Positions 39,442 through 53,189 are shown, numbered from the stretch's first letter. The stretch: DNA of 64,000 nucleotides from Azolla caroliniana (GCA_043228905.1 JBHGNT010000015.1:2294001-2358000); one strand, 5' to 3'. A program made the numbers and translations. The notes: a model not told the origin generated them from the sequence alone.

Positions 39442-39940
39442 AAAGGGTTCGAAGTATGCTAGCACATGCTAAACTATCCAAGACATTTTGGGTTGATGCA
39501 CTAATGACAACAATGTATGTGACTAATAGATCACCCTTAGCACCCTTGGACAGAGATACTCCACAAAGGGTGTGGACCGGCAAAGACTTGTCTTACCAAC
39601 ACCTGAAGATGTTCAGTTGTCTTGCCTACATGCATGTGGCTAAGGATCAAAGAAGAAAATTGGATCCAAAATCTCGGCCATGCATATTTCTCGGCTACCG
39701 TGACGACAAATTTGGCTACCGACTATGGGATTTAGTCGATAAGAAGGTCTTTCGGAGTCAAGACATAGTCTTCATGGAGGAGAATACTATTGTCGACTGG
39801 GAGGGTTCGAACACATTCTTCCAAACAATCAAAAGGTGACAGCCGACTGAAGAACATGGAGAGCCGATCGAATTTGGACAAGGAGTCGGGTCAGTTAGAA
39901 GCTAGTCAAGAGTCGGAGTCGGATCCGATGAAGAACCAGT
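39442..39940 (+). pseudogene. Copia integrase C-terminal fragment
   Basis: RVRSMLAHAKLSKTFW...KLDPKSRPCIFLGY. Confidence 0.8.
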
Positions 39941-41260
39941 GGATGTACTTTTGGTCCTCGAGCAAGTCACATATAGTGAATGTACTTTTGGTCCTCGAGC
40001 AAGTAGGAGGTTCCCTCTATGGAGTGTCCATCCTCCGAATGAGAAGCCAGCACGGATGTCGTCTTCGTCAAGTTGTCTGACTGAGATCAGTGGTTGTGAG
40101 AGACCAGGTACATGTCGGACATTGTGTAGTACAAGTGTAGAGCCACCTAGAAGGTTGAGCTCTACAATGCCAATTCCAATTGTGGCACATACTACGAATT
40201 TCCAACTCAAACTGAGTCGAAGTGCTGAGCCGAGTATTGCCGAAACTGAGTTGACCTCCTCATACTAGCCACCCTTCGGATCAGCTCGTTGAGCTTTATC
40301 ATTCTTTGCTTTGAGGGCATAGAAATCGGCCTTGATGTGTCCAAATTTCTTGCAATAATTGCAGGTTTGACTATCCCGAGACTTACTCCGGCTTCATTGA
40401 TTTGTCGGCGGTCGGGAAGAACTTCTCCCATGAATGTTCGGTTGGTCGGCCGAACTCCTGTACTACATAAGTGTCATTGGTCGAATTTTTTGCAAATGAT
40501 TTCCTCCGAGCAGCTTCCATCAGGATTGAACTCGTGACTTCAAACTACTTTATGGCAGCAGTCGATGCATTGCACACAGTTGTGACGAAAGTTTCCCACA
40601 AAGGGGGGAGACTACTCATGAGCAGCATTGCTTTTAGCTTGTCTTCAATTGTCATCCCCTGCGCCGAAATTTGGGAGCTTAAGCTTTCATACTCATTGAG
40701 GTGTATCTAGACCGAGTCGGATTCTTTCATCCGAACACTGTAAAGGTGTTGAATCAAATATATCTTTGTGGTGGAAACGTTCTTTTCATAGGTGTCCGAG
40801 AGTGGCTTCCATAGTTGGAATGTAGTCGGACATGATTGCACTCTGAAGTACGCTAACTCCGACAAGTGCATTTGAATGGTGGCTCGAACAACTCTATCAA
40901 GCTTTGTTCACTCTTTCGGTTTGTACCCTTCTAAAGCATTTTCTGTTTCGATTGGATCAATCGGACCCTTGACTATCAAATAGTCCTACATTTGCTCCTT
41001 CCAGAAGTTGAAGTTCGATCCATCAAACTTGTTGGGAAATTGGTCTCTCCCGATGGGACCCAGTGATGAATGAAGAGGACCTAGTGAGAACCGGAAGAGA
41101 TCCGGAAACCGGAGGAGACCCGGTGAGAACCAGAAGAGAGACATATTCGTGAATATGTCTTGAGCAAGCCTATTGAGGCTATATTTGTAAATCGGACCCT
41201 TGACTATCAAATAGTCCTGCATTTGCTCCTTCCAGAAGTTGAAGTTCGATCCATCGAACT

Positions 41261-44200
41261 TGTTGGGAAATTGGTCTCTCCCGATGGGACCCAGTGATGA
41301 ATGAAGAGGACCTAGTGAGAACCGGAAGAGATCCGGAAACCGGAGGAGACCCGGTGAGAACCAGAAGAGAGACATATTCGTAAATATGTCTTGAGCAAGC
41401 CTATTGAGGCTATATTTGTAAATATCCCTAAGTTCATATAAGTATAAATATGACTTAGGGCAATCACTTTAGTGTGTGTTGTTATTTTTGTGATTAACAT
41501 ATTGTTGTATGTGTATAACTACTGTACAAAGAGAGAACGAGAGCGAGAGAGTAGCTACGAGCACTCTTTGTTGTAACCAACGTCTGGCGACGATCGTGAG
41601 CATGAGGTCGATGCCTCTGTGCCTCCACTTTGTATTTTCTCTCATATACTGATAGTTGGAGTCTGTGGGCTCCCGTTGTTTTTTTCCCTATTAGGGTTTT
41701 CCACGTAAACATCCTGTGTCATTTTTGTGTACTCTCTCGTTCATCCCCATTTCTGTAATTCAAGACTCGGTTGTGGCCAAGCGATATTCCGTGCTATTCT
41801 TCACAAACTGGTATTAGAGCAAACAACACAGGAAATGGAAGAATCGTTCGACGGCATGTTCAAGCTCACTGGCTCCAACTACTTAGTGTGGAAGTCAAAG
41901 ATGAGGGACATGCTAGTGGTTAAAGATCTTTGGTTGCCGGTCCAATTCAGGGACAAGAGACCGGATAAGATCGATGCCACAGTGTGGGAGGTGATGCACA
42001 TGAAGATGACGGCATACATCTAGTGCTTCATCGACATGAGCCTGTACAACAACTTCAATGAAGAGAGCAAGGCTCATGAACTCTGGGAGAAGATCGGCAT
42101 CATGTTCCAAAACAAGAATGTTGTTAATTAGGTTTCGGTATTCCGAAAGCTAGTGAGGCTCCGGTACCAAGATGGCTCCAATAAGGCGGAGCACATGAAT
42201 GCCTTCCAAGGACTGATCCACCAGGCAACCACGTTGGAAGTACCTCTCGCCGATGAGGTACTCGCATTGCTCCTGCTCGGTTCCTCCCGGATATCTGGGA
42301 GACGTTAGCGGTCACGTTGGGCAACGCCAGGCCGGAAGGAAAACAGTTGTCCCTAGCAACAGTAAAATCAAGATTGCTAGATGAAGAAACTTGCCGGAAG
42401 GACCGGGAATCCAGAACCGATCTGAAGGCTTTGGTCACGAAAGATGATCACAACCGGGGAAGAGGCCAGTATCAGAGTCCCCAAAACCGGGACAAATCGG
42501 GGATGAGGTCGAAGTCAAGGGGGATGCCCACGTGCTTCTACTTCAGGAAGTCGGGAAACTTCCAAAAAAACTGCCGACATTTCCAGAAGGAGAAACCGGC
42601 ATTACCAATTTGAAGAAGAGTTCGGACCGAAACGGTTCGGACCGGAGAGGCCCGGATCGGAAGGGAACGTCGGCAATCGCGACAAGTGAAGAATAACTTA
42701 TGCTCATTACTGAAGAGAATGAGTTAAACCTTGTCGGGGATGAGACAATGTGGGTTGTCGATTCTAGAGCGTCGTTCCACCTAACACCGGATCGGAAATG
42801 CTTCCCATCCTACACAACCGGTGATCATGGTTGTGTCCGGATGGGGAATGAAGGTACATGCCGAATTATCAGCATAGGAGATGTGTTGTTGACAACATCA
42901 ACCAGATACAAATTGCTATTGAAGGATGTCCGACATGTTCAGGAGGTTCGACTGAACCTGATATCAGTCGGTCGGCTAGATGATGAAGGCTATACGGGTA
43001 GCATCCGGAACAGTGTTATGAAGTTCAGCAAGGGAAGCTTGATAGTGGCTTGAGCCCGGAAGATCAACATATTGTACTTGATGAATTCCCGGATATGTCG
43101 GGAAGAAGTGAACGTAGCATCCAACACTGCATGTGAGTTGTGGCACAAAAGACTATGTCACATGAGTGAGAAAGGGATGAAGAGGCTTGCCGAAGACAAC
43201 CTCATTCCGGTAAAGGACGTGCAACTTGAGAAGTGCACTGATTTCTTGGCCGGAAAGCAAAACCGAACCTCCTTCCGGTCAAGACCACTGATGAAACGGA
43301 ATGCACCACTAGAGATGGTGCATACCGATGTGTGTCAAGTGGACACTAAGTTACATGCCGGATCGTAGTGCTTCGTGACGTTCATAGATGACCACAATCG
43401 GAAGTTGTGGGTCTTGTTGAGATCGACGCTTTCCAAAAACTTCACCTCTCGGCCACAACCGAGGAAACACGAGTCAATGCAGAAGTAAATCAAAACACAG
43501 AGAGAGACTCGAATGCACAGGGTTTAGCGTGGAAAACCCTAGACGGGAAAAACCACGGGAGTGCAAGACTCCAACTATCACTATACGCAGGGAATGTACA
43601 ATGGCGAGCTGCAAGGCGACGACCTTGAGCTCGCTGTCCTCGCCACAGGCGGCGGTATTACACAGAGGCGTCGACCTCTTCCTTTCTCTCTCTCTCAGCT
43701 GCTCTCACTTCGCTCCCTCTTCGTGGAAAACAGAAACTGAGCAACAACTACAAAACTGTTTGCCCTAAGTCATATTTATACACATATGACTTTCGGGCTA
43801 TTTACAAATATAGCCTCAAGGGCCCTTGGCAAACATATTCACAAATATGTCCCCGCATCCGGATCTCTCTCCGGGTACATTCGTCATCCGGCTCCGTAAC
43901 CGGGTCTTCACCATCCGGATCCGGAACCGGGTCTTCATCATCCGGCTCCGTAACCGGGTCTTCATCATCCGGCTCCGATACCAGGTACTCCTCATTCGGG
44001 TCTTCATTCCCGATTCCCGGACATCCGACCATCACATCCGGAGGGACCGTAATCCCAACAGGTCTCACCATTGAAAACGAAGGATCAGGTGCTATCCGTC
44101 TTCAAGGAGCTCCACAAGAGAGTGGAAAGAGAATTCGGTCGGAAACTGAAGGCGGTTCGAGTAGATAATGGAGGAGAATAACGGGGGCAGTTCGAGGAGT

Positions 44201-47050
44201 AGTACCGGTCGAAGGGAATCCAGCTCGAGTTTACTATGCCGAAGACGTCCGAACTAAACGGGCTGGCCGAAAGGATGAACTAGACCATAATGGAGAGAGT
44301 CTGGAGTGGGCTTGCACATGCAAAGTTACCCAAGACGTTTTGGGCTGAGGCGCTGACGACGGCGACGGCGACCTATGTGATAAATAGATCACCCTCAGCA
44401 CCCTTGGAAGGAGACTCACCTCAGAAAGTATGGACCGGTAAAGATGTATCTTACCGGCATCTGAAGGTGTTCGGGTGTCTCATATATGTGCATGTTGCAA
44501 AGGACAAGAGAGAAAAGTTGGATCCGAAGTCCAGGCCATGCATATTCCTTGGATACATCGATGATGAGTTCGATTACCGGGTGTGGGATCTGGTAGACAA
44601 GAAGGTGTTCCGAAGTCGGGACATAGTCTTCATGGAAGACAGGACCATTGCTTACTTGGAGTAGGAGAAGAAGATGATCAACTCCAGAAAATACAATGAA
44701 AACCGACCTAAGGACACAAGGACCTACCCGGTTGAAAACTAGATGTTAGCCGGTAACCGGATGACACTCGACGAACCGGCCGGATTCGGACAAGAAACCG
44801 AACCAACCGAAGAAGAAGAAGAAGAAGACACTAGAACCAGACAAGATCCCCAATCGGATGAGGATGAGGAACAAACAGAGGAACCGGTAGTCAGAAACCA
44901 AGGACGGAGATATCCTCTCCGAGAGAGAAGAGCCCCCCAGAGATTTTCGGATGCAGAGCATGTGTTGCCAACCGATGAGGGGGAGTCAGAAAGCTTCGAA
45001 GAAGCAAAGAGAGACACCCACAGCCGCAAGTGGTTGAGTGCCATGCAGGACGAGATGGATTCCCTGCATGAGAACCACACATATGAACTGGTGGAGTTGC
45101 CGAAAGGGAAGAGAGCACTCCGGAACAAGTGGGTGTACAAGCTAAAACCAGGAGATGCCGGAAATCCACCAAGGTATAAGGCCCGAATCGTGGTGAAGGG
45201 CTTCCAGCTGAAGAAAGGAGTGGACTTCGATGAGATCTTTACCCTAGTAGTAAAGATGACATCCATTTAGACGGTATTGGGCATAGCGGCAAGCATGGAC
45301 CTCGAGGTAGAGCAACTTGACGTGAAGACGGCATTCCTCGATGGTGACCTCGAAGAAGAGATCTACATGCATCAACCGGAAGGATTTGAGAGGAAAGGGA
45401 AGGAGCACCTAGTGTGCCAACTGAAGAAGAGCCTATACGGGCTGCAGCAAGCTCCCCTGAAATGGTACCGGAAGTCCGAATCCTTCATGACCGACCAAGG
45501 GTACCACAAGACGTAGGCCGATCACTGCGTGTTTGTGAAGAAATTTGATGGAGGAGATTTCCTGATAATCCTCCTATATGTGGATGATATGTTGATCGTT
45601 GGACGAGACCAAGGAAAGATTCAGATGATGAAGAAGGCTCTAAACCGGACCTTCTCAATGAAAGACTTGGGGCCTGCAAGACAGATATTGGGAATGCACA
45701 TCATCCAGGACCAGTCTAAGAAGCTGTTGTGGTTGTCACAAGAGAAGTATGTGACAAAGGTGCTTCAACGGTTCAACATGTTAGAGGCGAAACCGGTCGG
45801 ATCAACACTTCCGGCCAGAAAATAAAGCCCGAGGAAAAAGGAGGAGAAGACGGATATGATGAAGATACCATATGCCTCTATCATCAGGAGCTTGATGTAC
45901 GCGATGGTATGTACCTGGCCGGATATTGAATATGCAGTCGGAGTGGTGAGCCGGTTCATGAGCAATCCCGGAAGAGAGCACTAGAACGCAGTCAAGTGGA
46001 TACTCCGATATTTGAAAGGCACCACGAGTATGTGCCTTCAGTTTGGCTCCGAAAAACCCCAACTCAATGGTTTCACGGATTCGGATATGTCAGTTGATGC
46101 AGATACTAACCGGTCGACATCCGGATATGTCATGACCTATGCAGGGGGAGTTGTTTCGTGGTAGTCGAGGTTGCAAAAGACGGTTGCATTGTCAACCACG
46201 GAGGCGGAGTACATGGCAGTTGTAGAAGCCGGCAAGGAGATAATCTGGATGAAGGACTTCATCAAAGAGCTAGGGATCCAACATGAGGAATAGCGGCTCT
46301 ACTGCGATAGTCAAAGCACCACCCACCTTGCAAAGAACGCGGCCTACCATTCCCGGACGAAACATATCCAACGGAGGTACCACTGGATCTGAGAGAGAGT
46401 AGAAGATCAAGAGTTCGTGTTGACGAAGATCCACACGGAAGAGAATGGGTCGGATATGCTGACCAAGGTGTTGACAACCGACAAGTTGGACGCGTGTCGA
46501 AAGCGGATGAGGCTGACGAGACATCCCATGCCAGAGTGAAGGGGGAGATTGTTGGGAAATCGGTCTCTCTGGATGGGACCCGATGAGAACCAGAGGAGAC
46601 CCAGTGAGAACCAGAAGAGAGACATATTCGTAAATATGTCTTGAGCAAGCCTATTGAGGCTATATTTGTAAATATCCCTAAGTTCATATAAGTATAAATA
46701 TGACTTAGGGCAATCACTTTAGTGTGTGTTGTTATTTTTGTGATTGACATATTGTTGTATGTGTATAACTACTGTACAAAGAGAGAACGAGAGCGAGAGA
46801 GTAGCTACGAGCACTCTCTGTTGTAACCGTCGTCTGCCTAAGATCGCGAGCACGAGGTCGTTGCCTCTGGGCCTCCACTTTGTATTTCCTCTCATATAGT
46901 GATAGTTGGAGTTTGTGGCTCTCGTGGTTTTTTTCCCTATTAGGGTTTTCCACGTAAACATCCTGTGTCATTTCTGTGTACTCTCTCGTTCATCCCCATT
47001 TCTGTAATTCAAGACTCGGTTGTGGCCGAGCGATATTCCGCACTATCCTC
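41261..47050 (+). mobile_element. Full-length degenerate Copia (Tnt1/Tork-like)
   Basis: LTRs at 41261-41805 and 46550-47050; PBS TGGTATTAGAGC at 41809; PPT GAAGGGGGAGA; gag-pol from 41835 to about 46540 with many stops. Confidence 0.92.
43415..44060 (-). mobile_element. Copia solo LTR with 27-bp tandem repeats
   Basis: TGTTG...CCCAACA; TSD GGTCT at 43410-43414 and 44061-44065. Confidence 0.92.
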
Positions 47051-49479
47051 CTTAGACTCATCTCTGATGAGCCAGATGTTGATGCCATCTATGTCGGTTT
47101 GGTAGACTCTATCCAGAGTCAACTACGAACAGTGGTGGGATGCAATCGTCTAGCTCACCCGATATCGTTCTAGTCAGATTTGGACACGAGTCGAATCGAC
47201 TTCAACTATTGGAAGAGTTGGGTGCTAAACTTTCTCGGAGTGGCTACGATGAATAGAGGGACAGAGCCCACTAGTCTTCCAGAATGTCGCCTAGCCAAGT
47301 TGATCACGGTTAACTGCTGATTCAATTCCAATTGCCGATTCCAAGAGGCCAATCACAGATTATGTGCCTTCGTGATGATTATCCAGGCCGATCCTACTTC
47401 GAATGACAACAACGATGAGAGGGACGGAGCCGACTGGTCCTCCTGAATCTCTTCTAGCCGAATGAAGCACAGTGGACAACATCGAATGAAGGTAGGGGTT
47501 GTTCCTTGGAGCCCAATTTGCTACAAGTGGTTACAACGAGCTAGTGGACAACGTCGAATGGCCTATTCGATTGCTGTCTAACCTGATGAAGCACAATTGA
47601 GGCAGAACTTGCAAGACAAAGTCTCACTCCGAGCAGCTACAATCACAGAAGTAAAGTACAACCAATTGGCTTACTTCAAGAGTGATTTAGCTCAGTGAAG
47701 TGCATACCTTTCAGGTGTTTTCTCTTCTTTGAAAATGATCTTGTAGAAGTTGTCGGCTAAGAGATTTCAGTCTGACAAAAATCTCAGAATCTGTTCTATC
47801 AAGGTGAGATGTTGATGAAGACAGAAGGACAACCAACTGCAAAATCAAAAGAGCACCAAGCTCTGATACTAGATGTTGGAGGCGGTCGTCAGGTGCGGAA
47901 CAAGAATCAACACTCTTTAGAGTTGAAGCTCTTTAAGGGTTCAAAGAAACAGATTAAGTGATCAAGACAACTAATTCATATGACAAGATCAACAAGAAAG
48001 ACAGAGAGAAGAAGTACGCCAAAGTAGGCACACAATAATGTAATTGTATAGCATTACAATGGCACAATATACAAAATGAACAACCACCCTCAAGCTAGGT
48101 TACAAGAGTCAGTTTAGATACTAACTGACTTAGGGCAACTGCCCTTTCCACTATTTATAGAAATAGCCTAAACCTAGTGTGTCCAATGGGACAATGTGAA
48201 TACGGTCATTATATACCCATATTCGACAGAACATACAAAGGTGACTACAAAGGCAGGGAGGGCACGAAGTGGGGCGATGATGAATGAGGGTTGTGTGTGT
48301 GTGTGTTTGAGGAGGATATATTGAGGGATGAGGAGGTAGGCAAGAAGATATGTACAAGGATATATGATCACAAAAGTATACATGTAATCACATATGTAAG
48401 TGCATAAAAGAATCCTAAACAAAGACATAAGCCAATGATGATGCAATCGAAATATATAATCAAGGCCTTTAGACTCGGTACACATGCAATGCCCAAACTA
48501 GTGCATGCAATACGCAAATGAGTTATTGAGCTCATATGTGTGTGACATCATTTTCATTTCAAGCATGTATAATATGAATTTCAAATAATATAATATCGTA
48601 TGTAATACACAATAGAGGCATAAACCTCATATGCATACATAATGCATATACAATTTATACACATAATATACGACCAAGCCAACATAAATTAATTGTTTAT
48701 GCTTGAACATAATGAGTTAAACATGTATAAGCATGGGAAAAGCAAAAATAGAATAAAAACTATTGATTAATGGAAAGAAACAATTAAAGTTCTTTTGTTG
48801 GCAACATTCTGGATATGCCCCTCAAACAACACATTGATCGATTATCATCAAAAAGAGAAACAAATCAACAAAAGAAACATTAGAAACTCACGCTAGTGCC
48901 AATTGTTAGAGTAGATTCTAATTTAAGCTGGATAGTAATGCAATATACAAGAAAATAAAGAGACAGAGACAAAAAGAAGGGTGTCGATCCACCCAACCCA
49001 TGAACAAAGGGATCAAGAGGGATTTGAGCCTTGAACAACATCAAATTGGCTTCTATTGTACTTGTTACTAGTACTCACTCACCACAAGAGTTTATGCACC
49101 ACGAGATGACAGTCTCAACATAGTCGAATGATGCCCCAATGGGGTTAGTTGGGCATCATATTTATAGCCAGAGCCAAGGGTTCAGCCCTCAAACCAAGTT
49201 CACGCTTGGCCCTTAAGGGTTAACTCAATCCTTATGATTAAATGTAATCCTCTTGTCTTTACATTCTTGATTAACCATCATACTCTATCCTCGTGTGTAG
49301 AAAACTATGATATAAACTACCATTTGATAAGTTATGGTTATTCCCATAACATTAAGGATGGCACAAGGCCTGGTAAACTTTGGATCTTGGTATTTCCTAC
49401 ATCTAATGTTGAATCTTCATCCTGCATGATATGTACTTACCATTTGTGTGTCTACTTCTAGCCATTTACATGTTACATA

Positions 49480-50540
49480 TGGAGTTTATCCACGAGATTT
49501 GAGGTGGTATCTCTATTCCTCCAATTGTAGATGTAGGCATTGGCAGATACAAATGTGAATTGCATCAGGTAATGCTCATTGAGGGTGAGCTCAAGTTGCC
49601 TCTTGAAGTCACATTTTGTTTCATGAGTTGTTAATGATACATATTCTTTATCATTGGAACATGTGATCAAGAGGATATCATCTTCTTTCTTTCTTTTTAA
49701 TGGAAAGAATGCTACAAAGAACTCATATAGTAAAATATAGCCCTCATACCCACATCAACCAACATGTCGAGTAGCAAAAGCCCTCATGCATGGTCCATCC
49801 AAGACGAGGGGCGGAAAAAGCCATCTTGATGGAGCATATCTCCACTTTATTCTGTCCCCAAAAGAGGTGAAGACCTCTGCCTTTTTCCAAATTTCTCAAA
49901 AATGTTGTTGCTTACGAAACACAGCCTCATCCTCACCAGTTATTGCATCATATTGACCTCTTAGAGTATGTAGTAGCATCAACCATATGTCCTTGACTAA
50001 CTCAAGAACATTATGTTTGACTTCCTGAAATACACATTTACATCTTGCCTTCCACAATACCCGAAGTACTAAAGAAGATATTGTAGACCAAACCTTGTCC
50101 TCTTCTAAATAGCAAATTGTTGAAGGATAAGAGACCTCCAATACATGTCTTCCATCATAGAGGAGCAAAAAATCAACATACTCCTTTTCATAAAATTTTA
50201 TGTATTTCTTCAACCAACCTTCCCCATCTTACAAAACCCCATGTGTACACCTGTTTACCATAAATAGGATACAAAATTCTCAACATCCTTTTCCAAACTA
50301 CTCTAGCAATAGGACATACCCATAAAACATGGTGAACCGATTCAATGGAAAACCACAACTATCACATTTTAAATCATGGCAATCGCCCCGCATCCATGAT
50401 TACACAGGAATGTCATAATGTATCAACAACCATCTAAACAATACAACTTTTTTAGGAATTTGCATGGCCCATAGTCATTTCCAATAAGCATTCAACCAAG
50501 AGTCTTGTACATTACCAAATCTTGATACATTAGGTGTGGT
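49480..50540 (-). pseudogene. L1-type LINE ORF2 3' relic
   Basis: zf-RVT-like C..C...ESVHHVLWVCPIARVVW and LRVLWKARCKCVF motifs. Confidence 0.65.
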
Positions 50541-51123
50541 TGTTATGCCAGTGGCTTGTAAATTTTGGGGATAAGAAAGTGAAAGATGTGGAAGCTCTGT
50601 TGGATTGAGAAGCAAAGAAGCTAGGGTGGCAAATCAAGAGGGCATGTAAGATCAACATCGAAAAGAGGCAACGTGATCATCGATCGTTGGGACGTTGCAC
50701 CGAAACTCGAGGATCTCCCCTATAAGCTCCACTCCATAACTTATCTTCTCTGATTATTCTTTTCTTCTTCTTGTCCTCAACATGCTTACTATCTTAGGGT
50801 TCCATTTTCTTCTTCTTCATGAATTTAGGGGTTCTTAGTTCATGTTTAATTTCTTAGTTCTTATTGTAATCAAAATATTCCAAAATCTTATAAACCCTAC
50901 TTTATAAAGGGAATTTCTTTCATAATCCAATGTTTTCAACTTATAAAGTGGACAATCTAGACTTAATATTGTAAAATCTATTCACAATCTCAAATTCTTT
51001 GGGTTAATTACGTGTTAATCTCGTGCACAATTTACTATTCAGATTGTGGCTACGTTCGACTCTAACTTACCTTTGACTCTAACCTATGTTGGACTTTGAT
51101 TTACCTTCGACTCTATAAAGCGT

Positions 51124-52383
51124 TGTCGCGAAAATACGACTAGGATATGTGAACTTGAGGCAGGACCCCGGGGCCTCCAACCAGAGGACATCACATTCGT
51201 GGGTTTATACTTTTAAGAATTAACGAAAATAAGAAATTTTAATAATTTTCATTAACAAAGGAAAAGAAATTACAATATGTCCCAAGATTGGGATTCATAA
51301 GTTTTAGGTTTACTTGGATTAATAGAAAAGAAAAATTAGGGGTTTTGAGAGATATGGCTTCCGTAGGGAAATTTAGGGTTTATGAGAGATATGGCTTCCG
51401 TAAGGAAATTAGGGTTTATGAGAGATATGGCTTCTGTATGGAAAATTATGGTTTATGAGAGATATGGCTTCCGTAGAGAAATTTAGGGTTTATGAGTGTT
51501 ATGGCTTAGATAAGATCAAGGAGCTGAGAAGGAAAAGAAATTAAAAATATATGGAGAGAGCGTGAGTGTAAAAAGAATGGAATATATATGGAGTTCTCCG
51601 TTGATCATCGCCTTCAATGTTACTTTGCATGTCCACTTTTAGTTGCATCTATTTTTAGTTGCATGGCTTTTTCTTTTAGTTGCATGCAACCGTCCACATG
51701 ACCTTTACTTTAATTAGCCACATGATCCTATCATATGTTTGTCTCGATCACTGCCCATCCAATCCGTCTGGTCCGCGTCCAACCTCGTCCGATCGTCGGT
51801 TCTGTCCAGTCGCCGATTTTTTATTGTTGGCTTCGCCCGATTTTTGACTCCATCTGATTGTCGGTTTCGCCGATTCCGATTTGATTACCGACTGGTTCCG
51901 GTTTGCTTTCTGGCTGATTCCAAATTGCTTTCCAGCCAGTTCTGGATTGCTTTCTGATCGGTTCTGATTTGCTTACCGACCGGGTTTCGATTTTACTTAC
52001 CGATCGGTTCCAGTTTTGATTACCGGTCGGTTCCAATTTTGCTTACCGACCGGTTCCGATTTTGCTTACCAACTGGGTTCTGGTTTTGCTTACCAACCGG
52101 TTCCCGATTTTGCTTACCAACCAGTTTCTAGTTTTTGGGAACTTGGCCACCATCATCCATCAAGACAAAGTGGCCAAAGTGATCTTAGCACAAATAAAAA
52201 TAAGGGATCTCAAGGTGCTTATATAGCAAGAGCCTTAAGTTTCTTATCTATGTGGGATAAATCATAGTTCTATTTTCCCTATCTTCTCAAACATCCATAT
52301 TTCTATAACATGCCATTAAGCTAATATAAAGTACTTATTTTATTATTTATTTTTTTACATAGTGTGAGAAGATTCACACGACA
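51124..52383 (-). mobile_element. Solo LTR of the tRNA-Trp Gypsy group
   Basis: TGTCGCGA...ACACGACA; perfect TSD GCGT at 51120-51123 and 52384-52387; CCGG tract shared with 22748-24055. Confidence 0.85.
51333..51507. repeat. About 37-bp tandem repeat (about 5 copies) containing TTTAGGG
   Basis: Unit approximately GAAATTTAGGGTTTATGAGAGATATGGCTTCCGTAGG. Confidence 0.9.
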
Positions 52384-53189
52384 GCGTTCAACTCTTTCGA
52401 CTCTGACGAGCCTTCGAGTCATCCATCCACTCTGGTTCAATTCCTTAATTGTCCCGATCAAGGAACACACATGTACTCTCATAACTTCACAACATCGTAT
52501 GAACAAATGCTTATAGAGAAAAGCACAGTGTGTGAAAAAGTGTGTAACACACTTTATTGTAATATGTGTGAACTATCTAGTTACATGAAGAACTAGATTG
52601 TGACATCTAGTTAGTTGTCAAGTGTAAACATGGCCAAATAATATTAGATATTCTTATGATAGAATCATACTTGAGTTGATGTCAATGACTAGACTCCACC
52701 AACCACATTTATTGTGCCAGTCCCTTGAGAACTTGTATATAAGTCTCATTGAACCTTTGTGTTTAGTTGATGTTTTATAGTCAATTAATATAATTTTCTC
52801 TTGAGTGCATAAGTTGCAATCCCCCTCTTGAGTATTTTTCATATCTTCTTGTTTTCTCTTATTCCTTATCTTGTTCATACACCCACCATCACACACGTAC
52901 TTCGCCTTTCGCACACTAGCATTCTTTACAAAAGTATAGTCGGGTTTGTTGTCTCCATTTGTGTTTGTTGCAATGTTAGGTGTACCCAAGAAATGTGCTC
53001 AATGATCATTGAGAGGTGAGAGTTTGCTTTATTTAGTGTCGCTTCTCACCTAGAAGCATTCTCAATTTTCAATGGCATGTGGCCTATGTCACTAATCCAT
53101 CAACCAAGAGGAGGAATGTACAACAATATATAATGTTACCGTAAAATCCATAGTCTTTGTCTCATCCTAATATGGCACAATTAAGCTTG

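Larger units (their letters stand above)
39945..48228 (-). mobile_element. Older truncated relative of the 373-5827 Copia (5' LTR 47874-48228, leader, gag-PR), split by another Copia
   Basis: LTR start resembles TGTCGAATA; PBS at 47860-47871; KFDGSNFNFWKEQMQDYLIVKG and GGSTLVLHNVRHVP match the element-1 protein. Confidence 0.85.
50541..52494 (+). mobile_element. Old solo LTR probably related to the tRNA-Trp Gypsy group, hosting a younger solo LTR
   Basis: TGTT...CTTCACAACA; 3' end resembles 30750-30789; flanks TGGT/TCGT. Confidence 0.45.

Noticed and set aside
48904-49400. Possible solo LTR
   Set aside because: TG..CA ends can be drawn, but there is no matching TSD or second copy
51333-51507. 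True or interstitial telomere
   Set aside because: TTTAGGG occurs singly within a longer unit, not as an array
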